DNA from: Psilocybe cubensis
Lineage: Eukaryota
DNA: 64,000 nucleotides
NCBI GenBank assembly: GCA_017499595.2
Contig: CM039002.1
Location: forward strand, 682,001-746,000
Direction of reading: 5' to 3'
The position numbers and the translations under genes were made by a program. The first letter of the stretch is position 1; each line of letters starts with the position of its first letter. Of the stretch, positions 12,854 through 24,800 are shown in pieces. The notes below the pieces were generated by a model. It was given only the letters and a program-made list of their open reading frames with translations, searched no databases and was not told the DNA's origin.

Positions 12854-13524
12854 TTTAATAGTACTAGTATTAGATATTATGTATAAAATACAGCTATATT
12901 TTCTGGAATATGTGGACATCGTTGGGATATTGTCAAAAAAGCGAGGTAGCAAAAGGCAACCTCGCTTGTTCAAAGCCACTGGCATGGAAATTGGAAAAAC
13001 GGATCAAAGATTCTGTGCCAGCGTTATCTGATTAGATTGCAAAACCACAGTAATACCGAAAGGGGTAATCCAACGGAATCGCGTCATGTGGGTACCCTAA
13101 TCGCGTTTTTGCTCCTACCCCTCATCTTTCTCTTCTTCCAGGCTGCGCTTCTCTGCTTTGCGCTGTCTTGAATATTTGACCGTGTGGAACCCCAGCTTCC
13201 AAAGCGTATACTATAGGTCCTCCAGTGTCGGGAGACTTGTGGCTAGCGTGCGCGAAACCGATTAGATCCGGCACGAGCACGACTGTACAACGCTACGCAA
13301 ACTCAGGAGATTCAGAACCTATACTTTGAAAAGTAGCATCGGCCGACATACGACAGACGATACTTTGCTCATGCGTCATCTCTGACTTCTCTCACACTGA
13401 CGGTACAAACAAGAACTCCAACTGCGAGACGTCAATATTTTGTGTGTGTGCACAAGCAAAAGAAGCACAAGGGTTGCTAATTTCTCCACGAAAAAGTGGA
13501 TTTTAGACTGGGTGTTTAATTGGG

Positions 13525-16500
13525 ATGGCATCTGCGTCGGCGCTCTGTGCGCGGCGGGTTGTAGGTGCGGCTACACGGGAGAACTGGGTGTATTCAGGAG
13601 CGGAAGCAACGGGGACGTGGGTTAAGACGGCGGGAATAGCTCCAGCGCGCGGAAGTGCAAGTGGGATTCTAGGAGCGCGTGGGGTAAGTTTGGCTGGTCC
13701 GGGTCCGGGTTCGGGTTCGGGTTTGAATTCGGGTTCGAGCAGAGCGAGGTGTACGGGAACCCGCAGTTGGAGCTTGTCGGCTGTTGCACGACGACCCCAT
13801 CCACACCTGCATTCACAATGCTCCCATCCTCGCATACAACACGCGGTTTTGGTCAGAGGCGCGTGGCGGACGACGAGTATCGGCATTGCCAGCAGCAGTG
13901 GCGGAAGACGGTTATTCCGCCATATGGCGCAGCCGCCACCTGAAGATGGTATTCCAGCTACGAAGAACGCTGCTAGTCCCAGTGCAACTAACTCCACCGT
14001 GCAGCAAACACACGGTTCTTCGACTGTTGCTGCTGCTGCTGGAAAGGCTGTGGCTACTACATCAACGGCAACAGCGAAGACAACGGCGCCGCCCCCGCCC
14101 AAGAAAGAGCATCCAACTAACGCGGAGCAACGCCGGACGGACTGGAGCATCATCAAACGGCTCATGGTTAATGTGTGGCCGAAAAACGACTGGAAGACGC
14201 GGTTGACGGTGCTTGGTGGGTTTGGGTTGCTTGTCCTCGCGAAGGTACGCTTGTCTACCTTATCTGCGTGCTGATGGTGAAGGTGGATTGCGGACAAAGG
14301 TGTTAAATGTGCAAGTGCCGCAAATTTTCAAGTCGGTAGTGGATTCGCTCAACGTGGATATAACGTCTTCGTCGACAGTGTGGGTGCTTGCTGGGTCGCT
14401 GATCATTGGATGTGCGTTTTTCTCTTTTGACTTTACTTAGCCATTTCCAATTACTACCGCCGCTCTTACAACGCCAGTGAGACTGACCATCCCTCTTTCT
14501 CATAGATGGCGCAGCGAGAATCGGCGCAACACTCTCAAGCGAGCTGTTAAACGCAGTATTTGCCAACATTAGCCAGCGTGCAGTGCGCAAGGTCGCAAGG
14601 CAGACGTTTGAGCATTTGCTTAATCTCGATCTTAAATTCCACCTGAGCCGGCAGACGGGTGGGTTGACGCGGGCTATTGATCGTGGGACCAAGTGAGTGC
14701 TTTTATTGCGTTGCTGTATGTATACTAAGCTTTGCTGAACTTTGGCTGTGGCCCCTTGTAATGTAGGGGTATTACGTTTTTATTGCAGGCCATTATTTTC
14801 AGAATTGCGCCTACTGCGCTGGAAATTAGCATGGTTTGTGGAATTTTGGTGAGTGTTTTGTTGGTTTTGAGGACTAGGTCAATTTCTAACGCTTTTTTGT
14901 TTCTTTGATGACGTAGACATATAAGTTTGGATGGGACTTTGCAGCTATTACTGCTTTGGCGATGGTTGCGTATACTTGGTTTACTGTACGGACGACTTCC
15001 TGGAGGTTTGCGTTTTTTTATGCTTTAATGTTATTTACTGACTATTTCTTTGGAATATAGAACTCGTTTCAGGCGAGAGGCTAATCAGGCCGACAACAAA
15101 GCTGCTACCGTTGCAGTCGACTCATTGATCAACTTCGAAGCTGTCAAGGTGCGCTTGGCCAAATATATCCCCACGTTGTGCATACCCCTCATAGTGCCTT
15201 TCCTCCCCTCTTCCCTCCCACTTTCCACTTTCCACTCAACTTCCATATGCTTCTTTGACACCAGTAGCATTTCAACAACGAAAAGTATGAAATTGCACAG
15301 TACGACAAGCATTTGGCGGATTATGAAAAGTCGAGTGTGAAGATTACGACGTCCCTGGCGTATTTGAATTCGGGGCAGAATGTCATCTTCTCGAGTGCGT
15401 TGACGCTGGCAATGTTTTTGGCTGCGCAGGGTGTTGTGAATGGTGGGTTTGTTTGTTGTTTTCATACTATGCATCGATGGTTTGCTGAGATATTATGCGC
15501 GTCATAGGTACTATGACTGTCGGAGATTTGGTCATGGTCAACCAGCTGATTTTCCAGCTGTCGCTGCCTCTCAACTTTTTGGGCACGATTTATAGGGAGA
15601 TGAGGCAAAATCTTTTGGATATGGAGGTGTTGTACAAACTTGTTGAGGAAAACACACCAGCAAAGGTATATCTTTTTTACAACCATTCCCGATCAACCCA
15701 TTGAGGCTGTCATTTTAGGACGCAGAAGACGCGCAACCGCTAACTCTCAACGGCGGATCGATTCGGTTCGACAACGTCGCGTTCGCATACCACCCTGACC
15801 GGCCCATCTTCCGCAACCTCTCTTTCACGGTACCCGCCGGGAAAAAAGTAGCCATCGTCGGACCCTCAGGGTGCGGCAAATCCACCGTTTTCCGCCTTCT
15901 CTACCGATTTTACGAGCCATCTTCTGGGCGAATCTTCATCGACGGGCAAGATGTGACGCGGGTGCAGCTCGAGTCGCTCCGGCGCAATATCGGTGTGGTG
16001 CCGCAGGATACGCCGTTGTTCCATGCGGATATTATGCATAACGTGAGGTATGGAAGGCTGGATGCGACCGATGAGGAGGTGGTAGAGGCTGCTAGGAAGG
16101 CTAATGTGGATAAGACAATCGAGAGGTTGCCTGCTGGGTATGGGACGATGGTGGGTGAGCGCGGGTTAATGATTAGTGGTGGGGAGAAACAACGATTGGC
16201 GGTGGCGAGGGTTATGTTGAAGGATCCGCCGATTTTGTTCTTTGATGAGGCTGTAAGTTTTTTTCCTTCTTCTTCCTCCGAGAAGCGTAACTTTATTGAA
16301 TTGTTTCCCTGCTTTTTCGTTTAGACTTCTGCTTTGGATGCTCATACCGAGTCGGAGCTTATGAAGAACATCAACACGGCACTACTGGATAAAGCACGTA
16401 CAAGCATCTTCATTGCTCATCGTCTGCGCACCGTTGTTGAATCCGGTGCGTCTCTCTTTCTCTCTCTACTCTTTAACTTTTTTTCTCACCATGACTAATC

Positions 16501-16687
16501 CTTCTTGTTTATTCTCCTATTCTTGGGACCTGTAGATTTGATCATTGTGCTAAGAGAAGGCGAAGTGGTCGAGCAGGGTACACATGATGAGCTTATGAAG
16601 CTGCGAGGGCTATATTATAGCATGTGGCAACAGCAAGCTTCGCTGGAGAAGATAGAGGAGGAAGGTGAAGAGGCGTTGGAGGGTTAG
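13525..16687 (+). CDS. ATM1: Mitochondrial ABC half-transporter Atm1 (ABCB7 family, Fe-S export)
   Basis: Arg/Ser-rich presequence; [50 protein letters not shown], Walker [20 protein letters not shown] signature, FFDEATSALD. Confidence 0.96.
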
Positions 16688-17371
16688 ATTTATCAGTTTC
16701 GTGGATTTGAGGTATCGGTTTGCTGTGCTGGCTTCCTCTCTTTTTCTTTTATGGTTGTCTCTCATCACCACTCTTTTTTTCGTCTCATTATCTACACAAC
16801 TCACGATGGAATAGAGCATTGCATTTAGGCTTTGTGCAATTTTCCGAGGTTCGGGATTCAATCGAGGACAGAGCTGCATGATGAGGTCACGTGATCGTTC
16901 AGAATCAGTTTTCGCGTCGGAGAGGGAGACAACTTTTTGAACTTAGATGAAACTCTCGCTTTCACTTAAACCACTTTGAAGATCTACATGTCTCTGGCCT
17001 TTCCTGATTATATGAAGTCGGTATGAACTCTGTCCGTTTCGGAGATTAATTTGGTTCCAGAGGTAATGGAAGTTGAAGTTCGGGTATGTTTGAGGACCGG
17101 TTGAAGAAGTTCCTTGTCTTGTCTGGTCAACGTCATGATTACGGTGTGATGTGGAGAGGGCATTGACTATAAGAACCTGCGCTGCTGGCTAGGGAGGTAT
17201 AGGCTCAGGATAATCCGCGTCTCTTGGAGTTTTTCGGTGCGGTGAGCGCGCGTATTTACTTCTTTGCTTTTGTTGTCTGCTTTGTGTGCTTATGGTTTTT
17301 TCTCCTTTTTCTCCAGCAACCCATTGCGTTAAGTTCACTTGAAATCTCATACAGCTTTATTGTACTGGACA

Positions 17372-17647
17372 ATGGCGAAATATAAACTCGGATTCTTGTT
17401 ACTCCTCGTCAGCACCGCGATGGCGGCGCCGCGTTCCCAACCCCAGATGCAGACGCAGATTGACTCCATGGTATCCCGCAGTACGGTGCCCCCGGAGTTT
17501 CAATGCGACAGGAACTGTTACCCGTGGCCGACGCAATGTAATAGTATCTCGTATTCGGTGCTTGAACCGGAGGGATGTTATAGATGTTGTTTGTTGCCTG
17601 ATCATACGACGGTGGGAGGAGGAAATGGGGATGATGGGGAGGTATAG
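17372..17647 (+). CDS. Small secreted cysteine-rich protein (91 aa, 6 Cys)
   Basis: Signal-peptide-like MAKYKLGFLLLLVSTAMA; C-x3-C-x6-C-x12-C-x2-CC; TATA-like CTATAAG at ~17168 and a probable 5'UTR intron. Confidence 0.7.
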   Translation: MAKYKLGFLLLLVSTAMAAPRSQPQMQTQIDSMVSRSTVPPEFQCDRNCYPWPTQCNSISYSVLEPEGCYRCCLLPDHTTVGGGNGDDGEV

Positions 17648-18559
17648 GTATAGGTATAGGTGTTAGGTATGTGCGTTTTTCTTGTTCAGAAGGCACTTGT
17701 ATGCGCCTTGTTGATGTGTTCTTTTGGCGCTTATTTTAGACGTATGCGTGTGGAACTTTTAGGACTCTCAGAGGTTTATGCAGATGTTCTGTGTTCAATG
17801 CGAAATCTATAGAGGTTTTTGTTCTTTTGTTGGTTATTCTTGCTGTTGTGAGTAACTGACCTATCTGGAATTCATGCTCCTTCCCGACTAGGTATTATAT
17901 GCAATCAACTTCCTCCCCTCTCTTCACCAGATTTCAAACACTAACGACTTGTTCTTCTTTGATTTATCACATGTACATGTCTAAATTGCCGTCGTATCCG
18001 CGGCTCGCTTTCGCCTTTTTATCCTTACTCCTTACTCCTGTCCTTCTTCGCCGCCTATCGCCCTCACTCTTGCTTCTGCTAGATCCCGAAAAGGCGTGTT
18101 TTGCAGGTCGAATGGTGACATTGGCGTTGGTATTTAAATTGGCAGAACAATGATGGCGTTAACGTAACGCATAGATATGGATATGGGGCACGGGACACAG
18201 ATGGTGTGTTTAAATTGTTCGAAGGTAAGTGTGGTCATACTCACAAGTAGCTTTATTTTTGCAACTTATGGCTGTGCGGGCTCGTCATCGGGTGAGTAAT
18301 GTATAGGTATGCGCGTGTACTAGTGTCTGGATTCTGTGTCGAGTATGTTCTTGCGACGAACTGCTATTGCAATCGCTTCAACTCGGCGATGGTAAAAAGA
18401 CTGTGTGTCTTCCTCGGATCTATCATCTATGTCATCCTTTAATTTCCTGGCTCTTTTACTCGAGGTACGTGTGTATGCGCTATTCTTATTCACGGTTCGG
18501 GAGGACTCTCGATTGAAGATTCTGACGTGATATATCAGACAGAGCATGGGCCGTTGATT

Positions 18560-21500
18560 GTGAAAATGAATGTGATTGTGAATGTGAATGTAAACGTGAG
18601 TGTTGAATGTTGAATGCCGTCAAAGGCGAGTAATTGCGATGTCATTTGCTTCCGTCGCATTGCCTTTGCATTGCGTTGCGTTAATTTCCGTAATCATTCT
18701 TGCTCCTGACTCCTGGCTCCTGGCTCCTGGCTCCTGCCCCTTTCCCTCCTCCCTTACCATTTTTTCCTCCTTTTGTTGTGGTGTGATCTGTGATTTTGCT
18801 TCTTGAAATCTTCATTGTTCACTGAGGTGTGAGTATTTACGTCAAACTCGCGTTTGATGTGTGATATGTTATCGCCTTTGTTTGATGCATCGTGGGTATG
18901 TCGAGCCGTGTATGTGTGTATTCTATGCAGGTGAAGTGGAAGGGCTCAGGCTGGGAAGGAAGGAGTGCGAGAGCCGCTTTTCGTCCTATCTAAGCTATGA
19001 TTGTGATTGTGATTGTGATTGTGATCAATCAACACTATGATGTGATGTGATATGAAGCTGTGGTGATCATGAAAATTATATCATATCCTACTTCTATCCT
19101 GCATCAGGCTCTGTTAGGGGTATATTTTTGAAGCTTGAAGTTTTATAATTGGGGTCTATTCAGTTTTTGACATTTGTTCAGGTAGGCGTTGAATCATTTG
19201 GGAATTGGGAATAGGAATTCTCCTATATATATATAAATATATACATCATATACACTTTTATCTACTCATTCTAGTTACCGTTAGTAGTACTACCAGTACC
19301 AGTGCTAACTCGACTCGACCTCGAAGACTACTACCCGAGTCCACTCTGCGCCACCAGACTCGGTCAAGGTAAATTTGCAATCGCTCTATTTATTCATTAT
19401 TTCGCTTACAGTTGTCGTCTTGAACTTCTTTGCATTGGATTTGGTTGGCATTAGTGGAATGTTTAGATAGGAGTGGGAGTGTGAGGAGATGCCAGATGAT
19501 CGTGGTGGTGCGATAAATAATGAGTCTTTTGGTTGGGTGGGAGGAGATCATGTCATGATGGGGCAGTGGCAGGCAGTAGCGGTGGTAGTAGTGTCAGTCG
19601 GGATGTCACCGGACGAGACCGTACAGTTGTCAGTCTCAGACGTCAAAGAGAGAATAAAACATATATAGATGTAGTATTAGTACTAGAAGAACGTGAAGTT
19701 GAAGCAAAGGTAATGATCTCCGAGGCTAGTTTATTTTATTTTTTTACTCTGGTTCTGGTGTTGGTTTTGGTTTTGGGTTTCCTCGAGGTTCGGCTTCGGC
19801 TTCGGGATTGGATCTTTCTTGTATTATTTGGACTCTTGATTCTGATTCAGCGTGTTAAGTTCTGCTGTAACGCAAGTGCAATGTTTATACTGTTAATTGG
19901 TGAAAGTTTTTAGGAAGGGGAGCCTGGGGAGGGAAGAGTGACGGGCGCTTATGACTAATTTCCTGTGTTGAACTTCTGACTACTAGTTATATAAATATAT
20001 CTGTAGGCAAATATGTACACATGTACATTGTGTACGTATGTCGTTGTATGATTTTACTTTGTTTTGATTTTCATTTGAATGAGCCGAACAGAAGATGAAG
20101 ATGTAGATGTGGATGAAGATGAAGATGATCTGGCCCGTGAGATGAGTGATGAGTCTGAGTTTGAGACTTTGTGAATGTGCATGCCATTCACACTATGCGT
20201 ATGTACATACATAAGTAGAAGTTTGACACAAACCAGCTCTGTATTGTATATGACATGCATTACCCAGCAAGCAGAGTTTACTTATGTACTATGGACGGAT
20301 GGGTGATCAAGCGGCGGCGAGCCGAATGATGGTGTGCTAAAAATAGCGCTGCGTCGATGAACAATTGAAACTTGGAAAAATTTCGTGATGTTTTGAGTTT
20401 TGATCAGAAAATTGTCAGCGTTCGGCAAGGTGAGGGTGGTGTCAGTTGTAGATGTCGACTGTCTTTGGGATCTGATGAGAGTTGGGAGTTGAATTTTGAT
20501 GTTGTCGATTGAATCTGAGTGCTTTATGGATATTCTGTGCTTGTGATTTTTGACTGTTTTCTTTGTTTGTTAAATAATTGGTTGTTCGGTGTGTTGTGGA
20601 AAACAGTATTTCTTGAAAGTCTTGGATAGTCTATGACTAGAATTTAAAGAATTGAATTAGATGCATGGTTTACGGTTACTTGGAATTAATCTCTCAAGCT
20701 GGTCTCCTATCGCGCGCCACGCTTTCGATCTGCCAGCGACAACGTACCAGTCTATTCATTTTAAGAATTCCATTGCATTTGACATTGGCATTGGTGATGC
20801 CCAGTGTATGACTTGGGTTCTTGTCGTATTTTATATTTATTTAATTCGGAGTCGGGAGTGGGGGGTGGTCACCCGACCGTCTGAATCGAATGTCGAGAGT
20901 TGTTGTTGGAGGTTTGAGGAGCCCTTGTCATTGCTCTCTGCAGGAGGAGGAGGATAGGAGATCCTGAATAGTCGCAAAAGCTATCTTGCACAATGCTATG
21001 TTGTGAACAAAAAAGGGATCAAGCCTCGAGTCACGAAAGAAGCAAGCAACGGCAGAAGCTTCGAAATTCCGGACCTCGATGTGAGCAGTTATTATAAATT
21101 CCCGTCGAACCTGGATGAAGACATTGACAGACTGAGGTCTCCAATGCGGTACTTATCATTCGAAGAAGACAGAAGACGGAGTTACTGTTTATCAGATAGC
21201 ACGGGTATACGTGCGATATGGGGAAGAGGATTTTGAGTTGGAGAAGGAAGGATCCTTTGTGTCGGGTATATCGTGTGTGTGGCGCAGATATACGTGATCG
21301 AAGAGGGTGATTGGGTTCTTTGAAATTGAATGAGGGTTTGTGGTGTGCTGTGGAGAGAAAGGGAAGAGAATGTTAGCGCTGAAAGGGAGAGTTGTAGAGA
21401 TGGTAGGAGGTGGGATGATGTGGACAATAGAGCGAGCGTGTATTTTTGGAGTGAGAGTGGTGTGGGTTAATTTAATTTTGAGATGGAATAGAATAGGGTG

Positions 21501-21700
21501 GCGCGGAGGCTGTTTGGCGTGGTGAATGGAAGACACTGTGAGAGGCTTGTTGACGGTGTTGTCCTCGTCGTTGTCGGTGGTGGTACCGGTGTTGTCGTTG
21601 TTGTTGCCGTCGTCGTCGTCGTCGGTGTTGTCGACAAATTGACTAGAAAAACAAATTGAAAGACAGGGGATGGAAATTAAGAGTGTGAGAAGGAGGGGCT
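18560..21700. repeat. Long non-coding region rich in simple sequence repeats
   Basis: (GATTGT)n at ~18998-19025, (CTCCTGG)n at ~18703-18737, (TA)n at ~19224, (GATGAA)n at ~20090, (GTC/GTT)n at ~21560-21630; no credible coding ORF. Confidence 0.6.
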
Positions 21701-21810
21701 GGGCTTGTTGATAAGATGATGTTTCAAATTTAGGTCCGCTGATTCGTGCCCCAATAGTCTAAGCTGGGCTTGCTTTCAACATTCATACTCCCGTCTGTTA
21801 ATGCAACGCC

Positions 21811-24800
21811 ATGGACGTCGACCACCCCCACGGCCTCGTCTACCCAAACGGTCTCCTCGCTGCCCTCCCCGTCCTCCACCCACCTCCCGACAATGACCCC
21901 CATACCCTCAATACCAATACCCCGCATCACCACCACAACCACCCCCGCCCCCGCCCCCGCACTCGCTCCCCACGACACACTGCCTCGCCCCCCATTCGCG
22001 CCCTATCTGCACCCCAGTTCGCCGACCTCCACCTACAGCATACACTCGCTCACCCACCGGACAACACCCTCTTTCCCTTCTTACATGGCCTCGAGGGCGA
22101 CAACCACGCCCAGAACACATTCTTCGCCTCGTCGTTTGCCAATAACACAACCACCAACTCCAATGGGAATCAAAGACACCATTACCAGCATCAGCACCAG
22201 CACGGTGCAGAGCCGCCGCCGCGGATTACGCCGCGCGTGCCGCACTACCGCGGGCTCGTATGGGTCGTGTGCGAGGACGACCTCGAGCGTGCGCGGGACT
22301 GGGCCTCGCTCAGGGTGCTCCGCCGCAAGCCTGTCGGGCCCACTTCTACCGCAACCGCCACTGCGAATGCAAATGCAAATGTTAGTACCAACGCTGCTGG
22401 AGGTATAGCGGGCGAGGACGACACGGACCACAACCCGCACGCGCCATCGTCCTCCGACTCGTCTTCCTCCGCGTCTTCGTCTTCTTCGGATTCGTCGTCT
22501 TTGTATGATGATGAGGACGAGGATCTGGACCTGGACCTTGACCTAGACCCGGCGCATGCGCATGCGCATAGCCAGCCAGAGCGCGGCGTCGACACCGACG
22601 CGCAGGACATTTTGCTTATGCTCGAGGCGACGAACGAGGCGGCTGTCGCTGCGAAAGCGGCCGCTGTGGCTGTGGCGGCCAAAGACCTTGATACAGACAA
22701 AGGAGCACTCGAGGACAAGGAGAAAGAGCGGGAGAGGATGGGGTACAGAGATCGGCCGCTTGATGCTGAGCTCGACCTTGACACGGACCCGGACGAAGAA
22801 GATGCGGATGCTGATGAGGATGAAGATGGGTCGCATACCTCTGCTTCCGCTGCTCAAGTACGGTTGCCGTCAACGCAGACACAGACGCAGCCGCAGGTCA
22901 TTTCACTTGAAGAAGTCTTCACTGTCGATACAGGCAACGCCAAAGGCACACAGAACTACGAGGGCGCGCATATGCACCCTGTTGCGCACCGGCCTGCGTT
23001 GGTGCTCGCTCCGCCTGTTGCGGTGCCTGGTGTAGGTGTCGGTGTCGGTGGAGGAAAGGGGCTGGGGATTGATACGAACACAATTGCAAATGGCCATGCT
23101 GTCTCTTCGATTGCAAATGGGAACGTTGTCTCTTCATATGCGAATGGCCATGCAAATGCGAATTCCAATTCGAATTCGAATGGTAAAGGTGGTACAACGA
23201 CGACGACAACAAACGCAACCGCCAACGCGCAAATTACAACAAGCACAACAACACATGCGACGCATACATCCCTCTCCCCACTCACATTCGCAACCATCTC
23301 ACCCTCATCTTCGCTCTCCGCAACCTCTGCCTCTGCCTCAACGTCAACCTCGTCGTCTCCGTCGTCATCTGTGTCTTCCTCGTCCTCCTTCGTCGATTCA
23401 CCACCGCATTCAGTGTCCGTTTCCCCATCAGCGTCCGTGTCAGCGTCGCCTTCTCTAACAGGCTCCCCGTCGATGTCGATGTCAGGAGATACAGAGGGTG
23501 AAGGCGAGGGCGAATGGTCGCCTGCAACGTCCATCTCACATATTGCTGGCAGCCCGCTGTCGAAAGAGGTTGATGTCGATGTTGATGCTAATGCTGAATT
23601 AGGCGTAGAGGGAGAGGGAGGACAGGGGAGGCCGATGTCGCTTTTGGAGATTGAGCTGGATGCGAAGAGGGTGGGTCGTTTACAGTCACGTCAGGAGTCG
23701 GGGCATCCACATGAACATGAACAACAATCTCAATCTCAATCTCAACATGAACATCAAGAACTAATACCCACCACATCCCCAGCGTCCGCCTCACCTTTAC
23801 CTTTGCCTCTACCTTTGCCTTTACCATTATCCTCACCCTCGTCCTCATCTTTACCTTTACCTTTACCTACTACACTCTTACAACCTGACTCGAACCCCAA
23901 ACCCAAACCCAAACCCAAGGAACGCCGAGCAACAGACCCGACAAAACCACCGCTGCTCACATCCACATTCCGGCCTAAAGAGCTGTTGAGGCGGGTTAAA
24001 GGGCAGGGGAGGAAGCATAGTCATGGTCATGGGCTTGGGCATGGGCGTCATAGGGAGAAGGGGAGGTTGCGTGTGGATGTTGGTGGGAATGGGAATGGGG
24101 TTGTGGGTGGGGGTGAGGGCGAGGGCGAGGGTGAGCAGGATGAAGATGTGGATGTGGATGAGGATGAGGAAGATGGGAGGTGGGAGTTCGTCCCTGCGCG
24201 TGTACCGGATGGAATCTCGTTGAGGAATTTTGGAATTCAAGTGGTGAGTTTCTTCTTTCTTTTGATTCTTTTTTGTTTTTGTTTTTGGTCTTGGTCTTGG
24301 TTTTGTGTTCTTTTTTTTGGAGGTTGTTTTTATTTCTTTCTGTTGCTTTCTTTCTCTCTTGTTTCTTTTTCAACAAAAAATTGTTTGGGGGGTTTGGTGA
24401 AAGAACGTCATTTTGTTTATGAAATAATTTCTTTTGAGAGGCGTTTGGATGGACAGATGTCTTTTGTTTTTTTTATTTCAATTTTGGAAAGGCAATTTGG
24501 GGAAATCGTCGTATTCCTATGTGATGTTTCTGTGGCTTTTTTCTTTCTGTTTCTTTTTTTCTGGAGGGGTTCCAAGAAGTTTCTTTTTCTTTCTTTTTTT
24601 TTTTTCGTGGTGGCTTTTTTTGAATTATGCGTGTGTTCTTGTTTTTCAGTGGTCAGATTTTCTTTTTCTTTTTTTCTTTTTTTTTTTTTTCTTTTGGATT
24701 ACAGTTGGAGTCGCGTTGGAGGGTAGTTGGATCGTATACTTGGAGGTCTGCCGCAGGGTTTGCGGATCATTATTTCTTTCTTCCTTCCTTCCTTCCTTTC

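Noticed and set aside
13080-13440. Possible structured ncRNA upstream of ATM1
   Set aside because: No tRNA, snRNA or snoRNA signature could be recognised by eye; an Rfam/Infernal search would be needed.
13503-14297. Long antisense ORFs over ATM1, the phosphatase, the kinase and HET genes
   Set aside because: Shadow ORFs of GC-rich or low-complexity sense coding sequence, with no independent motifs.
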